A program made the translations under genes and the position numbers. DNA of 64,000 nucleotides from Octopus sinensis (lineage: Eukaryota). Below are positions 1 through 12,858 of this stretch, in pieces (the stretch's first letter is position 1; each line of letters opens with the position of its first letter). The notes beneath the pieces are model-generated. The model was given only the letters and a program-made list of their open reading frames with translations. It did not search any database and was not told the origin of the DNA. Location: the NCBI RefSeq assembly GCF_006345805.1, contig NC_043000.1, positions 44,392,001 through 44,456,000 of the forward strand. The letters run 5' to 3'.

Positions 1-91
1 TCTACAGGCATATGAATATCTACACGCATATATCTATACACATGCACACACGCAGATATATTCATAAATATACACTCAAATGCACTCATAT

Positions 92-326
92 CTATTTCTT
101 TATTGCTCAAAAGTGGCTAAATATGGAGGGGACAAACAAGGACAGACAAAGGGATTAAGTCGATTATATCTACCCCTGTGCGTAACTGGTACTGAATTTA
201 TCGACCCCGAAAGGTTAAAAAGCAAAGTCGACCTCGGCGAAATTAGAACTAAGAACGTAACGGCAGACGAAATACCGCTAGACATTTCGCCCGATGCGCT
301 AATGTTTCTGCCCGCTCGCCGCCTTT
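92..326 (-). mobile_element. tRNA-derived SINE, family A (local label), full length
   Basis: Reverse complement closely matches the + strand copy at 54718-54948 (head GGCG.GC.GGCAGAAAC, GGGGTCGATAAAT core); flanked by the 8-bp direct repeat ACTCATAT (84-91, 327-334). Confidence 0.85.
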
Positions 327-2739
327 ACTCATATATTCTGTGTATGTATAGGTTATTATGATATATCTTCTACTTCGTGCTCATTCTTTGAAACTGACTT
401 ATATCTCGAAGTTTCTAATATTCCATGACATCAGCAACGTTCAATACTTGCTGGTGACAATAAACATTGTAAAATGGATGTTTGGTGCAATCGTAGAATG
501 TTTGTCATGCTTACAAAACTATTTTATTATCTAAATGTTTATCAGTGTTTAGGCACACACACACAGAGGCACGTACATACACAACCACACACGTACACAC
601 AACACACAGACAGACATGTGCATAAGACTTAAAAGAGAAATACTTCACTTAAACTTTGTTCCAATCACATCAGAGTTTGTTCTTTTAACTCCATATTACT
701 GTATGTCTTCTTGTTGCTTTCTTTTTGCTTGTTATATTCATGCATTTTCCAGAAGTTTCTTTACAGAAAATTCTCAAGAAATTTGGCTACACTACGTTTA
801 TTCTTTCGAGAAACAGTTTTTGTTTTTCTTTCAGATCTTCAAACTTAATTGGAAACACTCATTATTCGTCTTCTATAAATCATGCATAGCCTAATTAGCC
901 GAGTAAGAAGAATGTTACAACGGAACAAAAAGCACAATGAGCAAATTGAAAAAAACACATATAATTCATTTAGTGTATGATTAGTAACCTTTGTGCAATT
1001 ACTTTGTAAAACATATTTTATTGTGCCATGGCCAGAAGCATAAATATGTATATGAAAGCACACAAATATGTTTTTAAAAAATCACAGATGTAAATAAATC
1101 AAATGTTATTTTATAACCAACCTAAATACCTTACTGCATTGGAATATATCCTGAGGTCTATTCTTTCTGATTTCTGTTGGCTTCCCGGATAGAAGTTTTT
1201 AGTTTATTCAGATGACGTATGGTTATGAGTATGATAAATCTCAAACAGTATAAGACTGAACTGATATTAAACTATTGTAAGATGGGAGGACATTACCGTT
1301 AGAGAGGACTTCTAACCTACCTATTTTCAAACAAATAGCCTCCGCTAATGGCAGTCAAATGAAGCATAGTAAAGCCAGTCTGCATATTAAATCGATCATT
1401 CCTTTATTCTAAAGTAATACAGATGTGATTAATGGACCACTTGTATTTGAATTAAGATACTACTCGTATCTGTTTTAGCTAAAGCAACTGTAAAATAAAA
1501 CATTTTTCATTTCGGATATTTACCAAAGGTTACTTTAATATCGACAATTGTACACGTGACAGCGACTTCAGAAATCCTGAGTTGTGTTTTGTAAGAACAG
1601 CAATTAAATTCAAGTATTGAAAATTCTGTTAGAACTATTAACGCTGACTTAATAACAGAATGAAACATTTTCAATTGTTATTCCGTTTCAAACTGTAAAT
1701 GCATAAATCTGATTCGAGTTAGTAGCTGAATTATTCTAAAATTAAGGCAGTATTAGTTAACATTTGAATAGAAAAAAAAACGTCTCGAAAGTAAGCATAT
1801 TCTGAAGAGAATACACATTATTCAACCAAATTCTCACTGTGTGTCTGGTTTTCTGATGTCGTTTCTTCAGAATTTCAAATTGTAAGTAACTTCAATTTGA
1901 AAGTATAACACTAATCGAAACCGATTTGTAACGTTACCTGCTATTACACAACGCATTTCTTATCATCTGTTATAGCAAGGGCTGATGGATAATCAATGTG
2001 CATAATGATTGGTGGCCAAAAGTTCCTTTCAAATACCAAAAAAGCCATTGTGAATAGAGAGTACACCCAACAAGTAGCCATTTTTTCATATTTTCTTTCT
2101 TTTGCATCTACAGAAGCATAGAGTTCTTAAAAAGAAATTCTTTAATGTTATTCTCTCCATGAATTGCATATGTATAGATCACATATATTGTAGATAGCTT
2201 TTGGAACATTCATTGACATATTCTTCAAAATTATATAAATCCATCAAATTTTGGTATTTTTTCTTTATTTGCATACTTGTCCAGTATCTCACAAAATGCA
2301 AATTGAGTGTCATGAGAGAGAATAATTGCAGCCTATTGTTTATTTATATAATATATAAATACACGCTAACGTTTTTGCTATAGTGTACAGCGAAGATCAC
2401 TAAAAACTATATATAAAAATCCTTAAAAGTGAAAATAAACAAAACCTAGAAAAATATTCATAAATTCAACATAACTTCGTAAACTGTCGTTCTTTTATCT
2501 GCATATTTATATAAAAATAAATATGTACCTTATATATTAATACAAATCTGATATTTGCATAATATTTTTATAAACTTGCGACGCTAGGCAAAAATTATTT
2601 TATGATATTTAACTGTAAAATATACCTGCATATATATTATATCAATGCTTACATCACATTTAATTTTGCATTAAAATATAAATACAAAAAGCTATGCGTA
2701 TTATATTCCAAACGACGCAAACAAATAAATTTATATGTA

Positions 2740-2804
2740 TATGTATGCATGCATACACACACACACATATTATATATGTATACACATATATGTATATATA
2801 TGTT

Positions 2805-2841
<37 letters not shown>

Positions 2842-2851
2842 CATACATACA

Positions 2852-2883
<32 letters not shown>

Positions 2884-2885
2884 CA
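2740..2885. repeat. compound (CA)n/(TA)n/(TACA)n microsatellite
   Basis: Directly visible; explains the YIYI/HTYI ORFs. Confidence 0.95.
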
Positions 2886-4685
2886 GAGAGGGTGAGAGAG
2901 ATAAATGCAAATGTAGATAGGCAGAGAAATAATTAAGAAGTTAATCAAATTAGTAAAACTGGTCAGTGATGAATTATTTTTTCCCTGTCGAAGTTACGTT
3001 ACTCTTATTCTAACTTTGGAAGATATCATATTTTAGCCTCATCCATAGCCAGAAGCTAAAAGCTGTTGCCAACTGTATTCGCGTTACGGTACAGGAAAAT
3101 ACTTAAAATACGTTGTGTAGATATATGTACTGGTTGTGCCTTCTAAATGCATGGATATATAGTTTATCAACTGGTGTTTGAAATATCCTGGCGAAAATAA
3201 TTATTTCCAAGAACCATTGAAAATTCTGAATGCAAATACCAATACAAATGCATTAAGTTCTATTATTTCTTGTATTATATGTACGAGAAAAGTAGGATGC
3301 TAACTTTCAGTTATATGCGACCAAATAAATTAAAGTTTTGAAACAAATAGATATCCATACAGATAATTCAGATTGACATGAAGTTTGGATATCCAGTGTT
3401 ATGCAAAGCGTAGTACCCTTTGGTATCAGTGGTACCATATTTCGTTTCTATTACAAGAGCACTACTTCTATAACAAGAACACTAATAATTGGTACCAGGC
3501 AAGACATAATATTTGTGAAAGTTTAGGAAAAAAAAACGCAGCACACCTTCACAACGTAAGAATTATTAAAGGGAATACAAGATTGAAAATTCTTCCTCCA
3601 CAAAAAGAAAGCGAAATGAAGTTCAAGAGGAAATATGTATAATTGTGAAATACAGGAATCGTGTAGAAGTTATACATAGCTACGAGTTTAGAACATACGA
3701 AATACTTACTAAACAAAATTAAATGTAAAAATTAATATGGGCTCTCAAGTAATCTCTAAATGACCATTGCAAAATCAATTCAACTTTCAGTGTTACACAC
3801 CGAAAGAGGCGTCCAAAGTAAAAGCTTAATCAACCGACAATACAACGATACTAATGATGATGTTTCAAAGATGCATGTATTTGTTTCCTTGGTCTATTAA
3901 CAATAGGAACATTACGTTCCTATCGACAGAAAAAATAATTCACACATCGATCTTTACAAGAATTATATTGTGCAGTAAAAATATTTCTATTTTACACTTT
4001 ATCTACTGCCTATAAAAGTTCAGTCGTTTTGTACCATGATCTGTATACTGAGTCAGTTGCAGTGCTTATACTATTTTGACTTCCTTGATTGAATTTATCA
4101 GCGTGAAAGATTCATTGTAAATTGACATCTAGTGAAATTATGTTAAAGTACCGTTGTCTGTTCCCTTAATATCCTCGCAAACAATAAAAGCAAAACTCAT
4201 GCCATCTGTGAAGGTCCTCCCTTTCTCACAGAAATGAACCAACTGGCCAATTAGTTGTGATAGCATATCTGACGCTAAACATAGAAATTGGTATACACGC
4301 TTTAGGTGTACGTAAAATTATTCGTTCACAATAAATTCTATGGAAAAATACTGAATCAAAGTTGCTGACCTTACGGAAGATACTCGCCAATTATATCACA
4401 AATCACACATTATAGCCTTGAAACAAAAGAAATGCAACATAAATTTACTAAAGGGAAAACGTCAATCTTAGAGGCAATGCGATGACCACGTGATGATCTT
4501 GAGAGGGTAGGTAATGTTACTTTTAATTATTCACAAGTTGATGGTTGCAGGAATGATACGTGAATGAGCAAATTATTTGCATGGACTGAGTAGAATATCA
4601 GTACATAGGCTTAGACGACACATAATGGGTGATGAGAAAAGAGAAAATGTAGAAGTTGTTTGTACCTATGTATAGATAGAGGAAA

Positions 4686-4960
4686 TCACTCTCCCTATGG
4701 GATGGAAGCCCCAGTAATTACGGTACACTTTACAACAAGTGTGGATCGCATGCTAGAAAAAATCATTCTACTCATAGGATGGAAGCCTCACGAGTTACTT
4801 TACATTTTACAAGAGGAGCGAATCCCGAGGCTGCAAATACAGGCTAAAGTGTGCAGGCGAGAGTCTTCATGGCCAGTTTGTCGATAAGCTACTCTCGAAT
4901 GATAGAAGTGACCATTATATACAGAGACTTGTAGGAAAATCTACAACTTGGTATTAGACT
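4686..4960 (+). mobile_element. possible decayed R4/Dong-type LINE fragment with two diverged 77-bp units
   Basis: Units starting at 4686 and 4763 align without gaps (shared GGATGGAAGCC and TTTACAA); the following sequence encodes SLHGQFVDKL, resembling the W..K.(L/M)HGQ motif seen in the Dong element at ~50.4 kb. Confidence 0.3.
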
Positions 4961-6412
4961 CACTAAGTCTTATGATTTAATGCTACTCAATTAAGATTAA
5001 ATTTCATAATCATGGTGCATGGATATTAGCAAGTTTATCAAAAAATATATTTGAAAAGCAAAATTCAGCCGTGACCCATATTTTTACGGGACTATTCCGT
5101 AAACAATACGCTCAGTAAAATCTTGTAACAATAAATTGGCTGTGTACTTACTTATGTAAGTAAAACTCCATGCAAGTGTATATGTTTTGTGAGGGTATAT
5201 ATGTATTCATTACCATTAATATGGACGTTTTGATCATTTTTCACCGTCAAAATAGCGATAATGTAAAATGGATTGTGTTAGATATAGTTTCTGCTAACAG
5301 TAAAAAATGGAGATTAATTGAGTTACAACTCCGCAATTATAGTATCTGATAAAACAAATTCCAAATTAATATATCCGACGTTCATGTTGTAATATTTTCT
5401 CACTGGTAAGTGGTTATTAATATAAATGATATGTACGTATAAAATTCACTTTCTAAAGTTTCATTTGTTTAATATATTTCTTATCAGTTATTCTAGATGC
5501 ATGTTATGTATTTCATTTCGGTTGAAACAAGAACAATACATGTATTTTGTTACAATAATATGTAAGTCATGCTCAAACAGTAGTGTTATGCTTGAGAACA
5601 TTCATTTGAGGAAACTCGCGATGTTTATGTCGTAAAAGTGGAGACAATATACGTGTTAGTTGTATGAACGAAACAATGAAGCTTCTACGTTTCAAATGTG
5701 GCAGTTAGAAATGCGTAAAAATGTACCTCAAACCAAAGGTACAGAAATTTTACAAAAACTGAAGAGCCCATTCGATAATGAATTATGGTTCACAGCGAGC
5801 TGTGACAAATGTTATACATAACTATGAATAACATAGATAGATAGGTATGTAGGTAGATAGATAGATATATAGATATGAATTGCTAACTACATATTTGCAG
5901 AGGAATTGTTCATTTCTCCAAAAGTGAACAGAGTAGCGTGATTCCCATTTTTCACATTTTATCGGTAAAATATTTCAGGAATTCTCCATTTGAAATTCCT
6001 GGTCAAATATAATCAAACCATCATGTGTGCATATAGAAAGTATATACACCCGCAAATATAAAATGAAATGAAGCATGTATTTAATTTGTATTATGACTTC
6101 CATACAATTTTATCAACACACGCATATATATACATAACAGGCACAGATATATGCGTACATTAACAAATTTAGTTAATCACAATGAACAAGCGCCCCTTGG
6201 ACTCAGACATGCTTCTGCAAAGGAGAAGCTTGCACAAAATATATCTCAATTAAAACATGTATATTTAATATATAAACACACACACACATGCATAGAAACA
6301 CATACACACAAATGTATATATATTTACGCGTATGTATATGTGTATGTTTTTGTATTATGCATGTGTATGTGTGTGTGTTTGTGTGTGTGTGTGTGAATAG
6401 TAGTTCTCCATA

Positions 6413-6808
6413 GGCGTAGGAGTGGCTGTGTGGTAAGTAGCTTGCTAACCAACCACAGGGTTCCGGGTTCAGTCCCACTGCGTGGCATCTTGTCAAGTAT
6501 CTTCTGCTATAGCCCCGGGCCGACAAATGCCTTGTGAGTGGATTTGGTAGACGGAAACTGAAGGAAGCCTATCGTATATATGTATGTGTGTGTGTGTTTG
6601 TGGGTCTGTGTTTGTTCCCCTAGCATTGCTTGACAACCGATGCTGGTGTGTTTACGTCCCCGTCACTTAGCGGTTCGGCAAAAGAGACCGATAGAATATG
6701 TACTGGGCTTACAAAGAATAAGTCCCGGGGTCGATTTGCTCGACTAAAGGCGGTGCTCCAGCATGACCGTAGTCAAATGATTGAAACAGGTAAAAGAGTA
6801 AAAGAGTA
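6413..6808 (+). mobile_element. tRNA-derived SINE, family B (local label), full length
   Basis: A-box-like GTGGCTGTGTGGTAAG and B-box-like GGTTCAGTCCC, internal (GT)n, 3' GGTGCTCCAGCATG and (TAAAAGAG)n tail; homologous copies or tails at 16841, 33010, 36140 and 46608. Confidence 0.85.
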
Positions 6809-7036
6809 TTACTTCACATACAGCTATAAAGAAAGGCTAGGAAATAATGAAAACATTTTTTTTATGGAAAATGTGGAGGACAGTCCGTGGGAAACAAGCA
6901 CACAACTCCCCTAAAGATACTTCGAGAACTATTATTCATGTAAAAAAAAAGCTCTACTCTTGAAATTTTATATAATTCTTACTATGTCAACTAATTATTT
7001 TGTATCTAACTATATATCTCTGTCTATACCTATATA

Positions 7037-8317
7037 CGAGGGACGTTCAATAAGTAATGCCTCTGACCCACTTGCAGTTGTTTGATCTAGCTGAAATTTT
7101 GCATGTGCAATTATTCATAGTTCTATAGATTAAGTGGCAAATTACAGCTCTGAACTATTTGTGCTTTCTGATTTACAGGTGTTTGAACTGAGTCAAGTGT
7201 GAAATGGAGCCTGTTGAGTGTCGAGCAGTGATCCGGTTTTTGTATTTGAAAGGACGCACACCACGGGAGACTTTTGATGAAATGAAACTAACTTATGGTG
7301 ATGATGCCCCATCATATGACCTTGTAAAACGCTGGCATCGTGAATTCAAACATGGTCGGAACTCTGTGGAAACAGCTCCCAGATCTGGTCGCCCCCTTCT
7401 GCCATTGATGAGGCATCTGTCCGTTAAGTTGAGGCTGCCATTTTGGAAGATCGACGCATAATTATTCGCCAAATAGCCCATGAGGTCAAGATTAGTACCG
7501 GGTCTGTGGAAACTATCATTCATGACCATTTGCATATGCAAAAGGTGTCTGCCAGATGGATTCCCAGGTTGCTCACGCCTTTCCGGAAGCAAGAACGCGT
7601 CGAGTGCTCGAGGGTGAATTTGGAGATGTGCCAAGAAGATGAGTCAAAATTTTTCAAAAGACTGATTACACAGGATGAAACCTGGGTCCATCACGACGAT
7701 CCAGAGACCAAATGCCAGTCAATGCAGTGGAAGCACCGTGACTCACCCCCTCCAAAGAAGGAAAGGGTGCAGCCCTCCGCTGGCAAGGTCATGCTCACAG
7801 TCTTCTGGGACCAGGACGGAGTAGTGATGACAGATTTCCTGGCAAAGGGTACCACAGTTGCAGGAGCCTATTATGCTTCACTTTTGAGGAAATTAAGAGA
7901 AGTTATCAAAATCAAGAGGCGGGGCAAGATCAGCAAAGCATCCTCCTCCTGCAGGACAACGCTCCGGTCCACAACTCGCTTGTCCCCAGATCAGAAGCAC
8001 AGGCGTATGGCTATGAACTCCTCCCCACTTTCATGACCTTGCACCCTCTGATTTTCACCTCTTCCCAATCATGAAGTTGTTTTTGAAAGGAGAGCGTTTC
8101 CCAGATGATGCAGCCTTGATTTCTGAAGTCACGTTGAGGTTGGAGGACCAAGCTGGGTTCTTCTACAAAAACGGTCTCCAGAGCCGCATCAAACGATGGG
8201 AGAAATACGTAACTCTGGTTGGTTCCTATGTAGAAAAAGACTAATAACTGTGCCAAGTTTCGTTGCTCTACTGCTATGGGAAGTGTGTCAGGGGCATTAC
8301 TTATTGAACGCCCCTCG
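7037..8317 (+). mobile_element. full-length mariner (DD34D, probably irritans/Hsmar2-like), 1281 bp
   Basis: TIRs CGAGGGACGTTCAATAAGTAATGCCTCTGAC / GTCAGGGGCATTACTTATTGAACGCCCCTCG; TA on both sides (7035-36, 8318-19). Confidence 0.95.
7204..8244 (+). pseudogene. mariner transposase, frameshifted
   Basis: HTH N-terminus MEPVECRAVIRFLYLKG..RSGRP, WIPRLLT, TQDETW, SAGKVMLTVFWD, QDNAPVH (shifted frame), LAPSDFHLFP; at least two frameshifts plus a small deletion near the YSPDL motif. Confidence 0.92.
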
Positions 8318-8337
8318 TATGTCTGTCTGTATGTATA

Positions 8338-8346
8338 TGTATATCC

Positions 8347-8377
<31 letters not shown>

Positions 8378-8447
8378 CCTAGATTGATACATACATACAT
8401 ACATACATACATACATACATACATACATACATACATACATACATACA
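8338..8447. repeat. (TAGA)n/(TACA)n microsatellite
   Basis: Directly visible. Confidence 0.95.
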
Positions 8448-8564
8448 TAAGTATGTGTGTAAGTACGTGTGTGTGTATAATATCTGGACGAGTGAGCAGA
8501 CAAAGGGAAGAGGGGCACTCAACACATTTATTGGGAGTTACATCTATAGATCAACGCAGTTTGA

Positions 8565-8627
8565 TTCAGACTCCCTGGTCCTCTGTTTCTCAAGCGTGTG
8601 GCTAGTCTTCATCCATTGGAGTCTGAA
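8565..8627 (-). ncRNA. degenerate type I hammerhead ribozyme in the PLE terminal repeat
   Basis: Minus strand TTCAGACTCCAATGG-ATGAAGA-CTAGC CACAC GCTTG-A-GAAAC-AGAGGA-CCAGGGAGTCTGAA: 10-bp stem I, stem II and GAAA are present. The core is ATGAAGA here and CCGAGGA in the inverted copy (9674-9680), giving consensus CTGA(A/G)GA. Confidence 0.55.
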
Positions 8628-8839
8628 TTAGAATTCGATTGAAGGGAGTCAATGTTTACTACTTGACGATACCGTGCGATTGGTCGAAAAAAGTTCATGC
8701 TGTATAGCAGTTTGACGTTGGTATTTCAGCGACAACAATTCCTTGAAAAATACGACGAGGTGAACAGGAAATGGACCATGTGGTGGACAAATCGGTTCTG
8801 GGTGCAGAGAGGAAGTAGTAAGAGGCGGTAGATGTGGGT

Positions 8840-9150
8840 GTATATATGTATATATTGATATGTATATGCTGTATATCTGAGTGTATGCATCGGTACTTAT
8901 AAAAGTGTGTATGTGATCGTAACTGTACAGTCACACATCCGCGTGCGCACTCACACACAGACACGAAGGTACACTTACGCACACATATACACACATACGG
9001 ACACGCGTGCACACATGTGCACGTGCATGAGTGCACATGTATATGAGCACGCATGCGCATACATGTGCACCCGTGCACACATATGCGTATGCATGCGTAG
9101 GGAGTACAGATGCATATGTGCACATGTACACGCGTAGTCATGCACAAGGT
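8840..9150. repeat. alternating purine-pyrimidine (GT/CA/GTGCAC) low-complexity tract
   Basis: Directly visible; lies inside the PLE 3' region. Confidence 0.85.
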
Positions 9151-12100
9151 GTAATGTACAAGGGGTGAGAGTGTGCGAGTAGACAGAATACGAGAAGTTT
9201 TAGGAATGTTGATTTCCGGTGCTGTTCATGAGGATCAAATTGTGACTTTGACCTTGGTGCAGCCGGTGCTAGGGGTGACTGAGTATGTATATCCGGGTTG
9301 TCGGTAGTCAGTTGCTTGAAATTTACCTGACGAATGTACCTCCGTTGACAGCGACACTCTACTTAATCTTTCTTGTTGATGGGTATTGCGGATTGGTAGA
9401 TGACATGCAGTTTTTCGCGGAGGCACAGCTGACACTTAGGGGCAGCGGGTGAATATGGTGGCGCCCTCTCAGTAATAGTCCACGTGGTACTGGGAGTTCA
9501 CGAATTCTCCAGAGAAAGTGCAGCAGGGAAGTGTATCTTTGTCTGTCTCTGGATCTAAATGAATGAAATCCCAATCAAACTGATACCAATATCAAACCGT
9601 GTGACCTTACTTGACCTATCGCAGTTATGAACATTGACTCTCTTCAATCGAACTTACCTTCAGACTCTAGTGGCCGAGGACTAGCCACACGTATTATATA
9701 TGCATTCTAGATGTAAGTTGAGAATTACAAAATGAACATATCAAGCTTGCAAGGGTGGGTATTAGTAACAATAACAATCACTTTACGCAAAATAATTCAA
9801 AAATCCTTAATTGTACCTCTTCAAGTTTATAGCAATGTAATTTTAAAGAAAGCAGTCAAAAGCATGTATGGTGCAATAATATTCGAAACAAATTAATGCT
9901 GACAATTTCAGTTTTTTCTTTGTACTATACATCATTATACTAAATCTTTAAATTGTCAGTGAATGAGGCTTCTGTGAACATATTTATTATGGTTTAGATT
10001 ATTTATAACTTGATTTAATTTTGAGAAAGTGGAATCCGAAAAACGTATGTGCAAATTATTCGTGGAAACATAAGTTTATTTATATTTCAGATTTTGTAAC
10101 ACTTATGCAGTGGGAAGAAATTTGCTCAATATAACGTAAAATATATCACTGTTACTGAATCGCAACCACTACAACCGATTAGCTGTTAAATCCATTAGTT
10201 TTTGTAATTGTTTGTTTTACGGCTCTCTAACTGTTTTAAGTATCTGTAACATTATTTTTGAAGAAGTTACTAGAAAAGGTATCATTATAATACTTAGAAC
10301 GTGTCCTGCGGTAATTCGTAACAACCATTTGCAATATATCTACAAATTCCATTGATGTTAAAGTTTCATTTAATGCTTCCGAGAACGGAAGTAAAAATGC
10401 ACCTTTTAGGTACTGGTTTGATTTTATCAGCTTAACAATTGTTTGCTGTAAATGCATGATCTTTCAATATACAGAGCATTTTGTAAATATTTGCCTATTG
10501 ATTGATACAGTAAAGAATCTAAGTATTATGTAATTAACTAGGTTACTAAAATGTCATGGGCAACTTCAAAACTATTAGAAACAATTTATAGTTTCCTTGA
10601 CGTTGCAATGGCGAAATAAAATGGATAATCTGAAATTTCAGCGTATATTTACTAAAGAAGTAGCAGCAGGGATAGTACCAGACATAATCACGAAGTTGAA
10701 ATAAGTAATGGAGCAGAATACAGCATTCAGTAACATTTATTAATGTTTTCAATATCCTAATATGACGTTTGATTTCGTATTACGTAATAAAACATTAAAT
10801 ATTAATTCCTCTTTACCTTTAAATCATGACTTTGACTTGAATATTTTTATTAGTTTGTTGCTAATTTGTTATGAATTCCTCAAGCGAGCAAAGCAGCACT
10901 CATGACATTTATAGACACTCTCGTAGCCTAAATACAAGAAACTACAGCATATTATTTGCTGCATTGGAAAGCACCAAGAGAGATTACATGGTTACGCTGT
11001 GTCTGAAAGCCTTTATAGAATCGCTGCAACAGACAGCACCGTACTAAATTTTCTGCGGAGGCGGTATTAAGCTGACGGACAGCTAAAATATTCTATATAA
11101 GATTAAGTTCATTGGTTTAATTGTATTTCAGTCCCTGTCTGTCCAATTTCAAAAAAAAATTTTGAGTCTACTAAAGGTTTGTGATTGGAGTCAAACATCG
11201 TCTTACTTGGTGCTATCTTAACCACAATAATGAATTTGCAAAACAAATATATTGACTGTAATATAGTAGCATATTCGCACAGTATCTCTACAATTGTATT
11301 CATTGTATTCTTTGTTTTCATGAAACATTATGAATGAAGTTTATTTAATACAGTACAAAAGAATGTATTATTGTTACATAGAATGAATAAATTTCTGAGC
11401 ATGTTATTTATGTGCTACTGGTATTAAGAATATTTTTATGTGGGCGTAAAATAAACTAAAAATGCAATGTGTTATTTAAATCATGTTTTGGTTTTCATAA
11501 TTGCCGTGAAAAAATTATATTTCACATTCATGTTTACGGACATCCAGGAATTGGAATAATAGCATTGTGAAACGAAACTCCAATCATACGTAACATGTCT
11601 CATTGTACATAAATTATATGTAAACACTTTGTAAACATCCTACAACATAAATAGACCAACACTGATTATATTATGAGAGAAAATGTTCTAATAATCATTA
11701 ATGCAGTATTTCCTGACCTACAACACCCAATAACCCGTGCTTTAACCTGGACAATCTTCGCGGCCAAATACAATGTGTTTATAAATTCAATATTATTCCT
11801 TATATGTAATATGGTGAAAGGGCATAATTGCATTAACACTCAGGCATATAAGTGAACGCCAGCAGGTGAGACTTTTAATGGACATTTAATGTTAAAGGCC
11901 TCATATTTATTATCTTTGTTGAATACAATCTGCACAGAAATCATCAATACAAATGCTTTGATTTAACCCATACATGTAGTACATCGGTTATATGTAGAAT
12001 GCTTTCAATTCACTCGTGCAGCACCTGGCATTCGTTTACAGCTGTATATCCAGGAAACATGGCTAATAAATCAATGCTTTTTTGGGGGGTTTCAAATCAC

Positions 12101-12707
12101 TAAAGAATTAAACAGACGAATGTGTGCTGTAAATTTAAGGATCGGGAATTAACGACTTCTCATTATTGATTTTGCAGAATGAGAGAGTACAGAAAATTAT
12201 GCTGCTTTGTTCATAAATTTTAATGTAAACTTGTAGTATATGTAGCGGCGGACATGTAGGGATTCCACAGTTAGCTTGATTTAATCATACTGTTTCCAAA
12301 CCAGACAAAGTATAGATCGCTGATAAAATGAAAATTTATTCATTGGGAACCAAAACATATTTTGCTAGTTTACATGGTAGACCAAATTTGTATTTATAGA
12401 GAAATTGCTTCTTGCAAAAATATAGGCCTACTTTCTTATGGGTTCACCTCAGCTATCATTCATATTATCCGTGTAGCTGTTTTGGTTCCTGATTTAGACT
12501 TATTCCTTAGCTGTTCGAAGTACAATCCAATTCCTAGGGAACAAAATGCTGCTCTATATAAGATATTTAACAAATTTTATGAATTCAACGTTTAAAAATA
12601 TTTAATAATACTTACTAACTTTCACTTGTCTTGTCCCACTATAAATACAAGGATCACTTCTTTTTGGCTGAGAATGCAATTACCTTTATGAACTGTGTTG
12701 AGTATAT

Positions 12708-12858
12708 ATTCTTTTCAACTCTAGGCTCAGGGCCAAAAATTTTGGGAGAGGCATCAAGTCGATTAGCTCGACCCCAGTAGGCAACTGGTACTTAAATTAT
12801 CGAATCCAAATTGATGAAAGGCGAAATAGACCTCGTTGGAATTTGAACTCAGAATGTG
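12708..12858 (-). mobile_element. SINE family A fragment
   Basis: AAGTCGATTAGCTCGACCCCAGTAGGCAACTGGTACTT...GGAATTTGAACTCAGAA is the reverse complement of the family-A core. Confidence 0.75.

Larger units (their letters stand above)
8480..9692 (-). mobile_element. 5'-truncated Penelope-like element (3' end of GIY-YIG ORF, 3' region, inverted terminal copy)
   Basis: Minus strand 9482-9320 encodes WTITERAPPYSPAAPKCQLCLREKLHVIYQ..INKKD*VECRC, matching the W.I..RA..Y....C.LCL.EK...LNKR.E...CRH C-terminus typical of PLE GIY-YIG ORFs; ~80-bp inverted repeat 8596-8680 vs 9615-9692; AATAAA on the minus strand at ~8527-8532. Confidence 0.75.

Noticed and set aside
1938-2108. Minus-strand splice-flanked segment encoding ..MATCWVYSLFTMAFLVF..
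   Set aside because: Stops in all frames before the best donor; the GPCR TM4 resemblance is superficial.
2602-2948. ORFs rich in YIYI, MYVC, HTHT, LSIY or poly-L/T (also at 8.3, 13.4, 14.2, 17.2, 26-28, 33.6 and 40.8 kb)
   Set aside because: Translations of microsatellites, which lack stop codons in some frames.
6413-6485. tRNA-like A/B boxes (also 53740-53812 and 61830-61900)
   Set aside because: These are SINE heads with attached core and tail, not cloverleaf tRNA genes.
10236-10457. Protein-looking minus-strand ORF with a TTTACAG acceptor
   Set aside because: No recognisable domain, no good donor and no compatible neighbouring exons.
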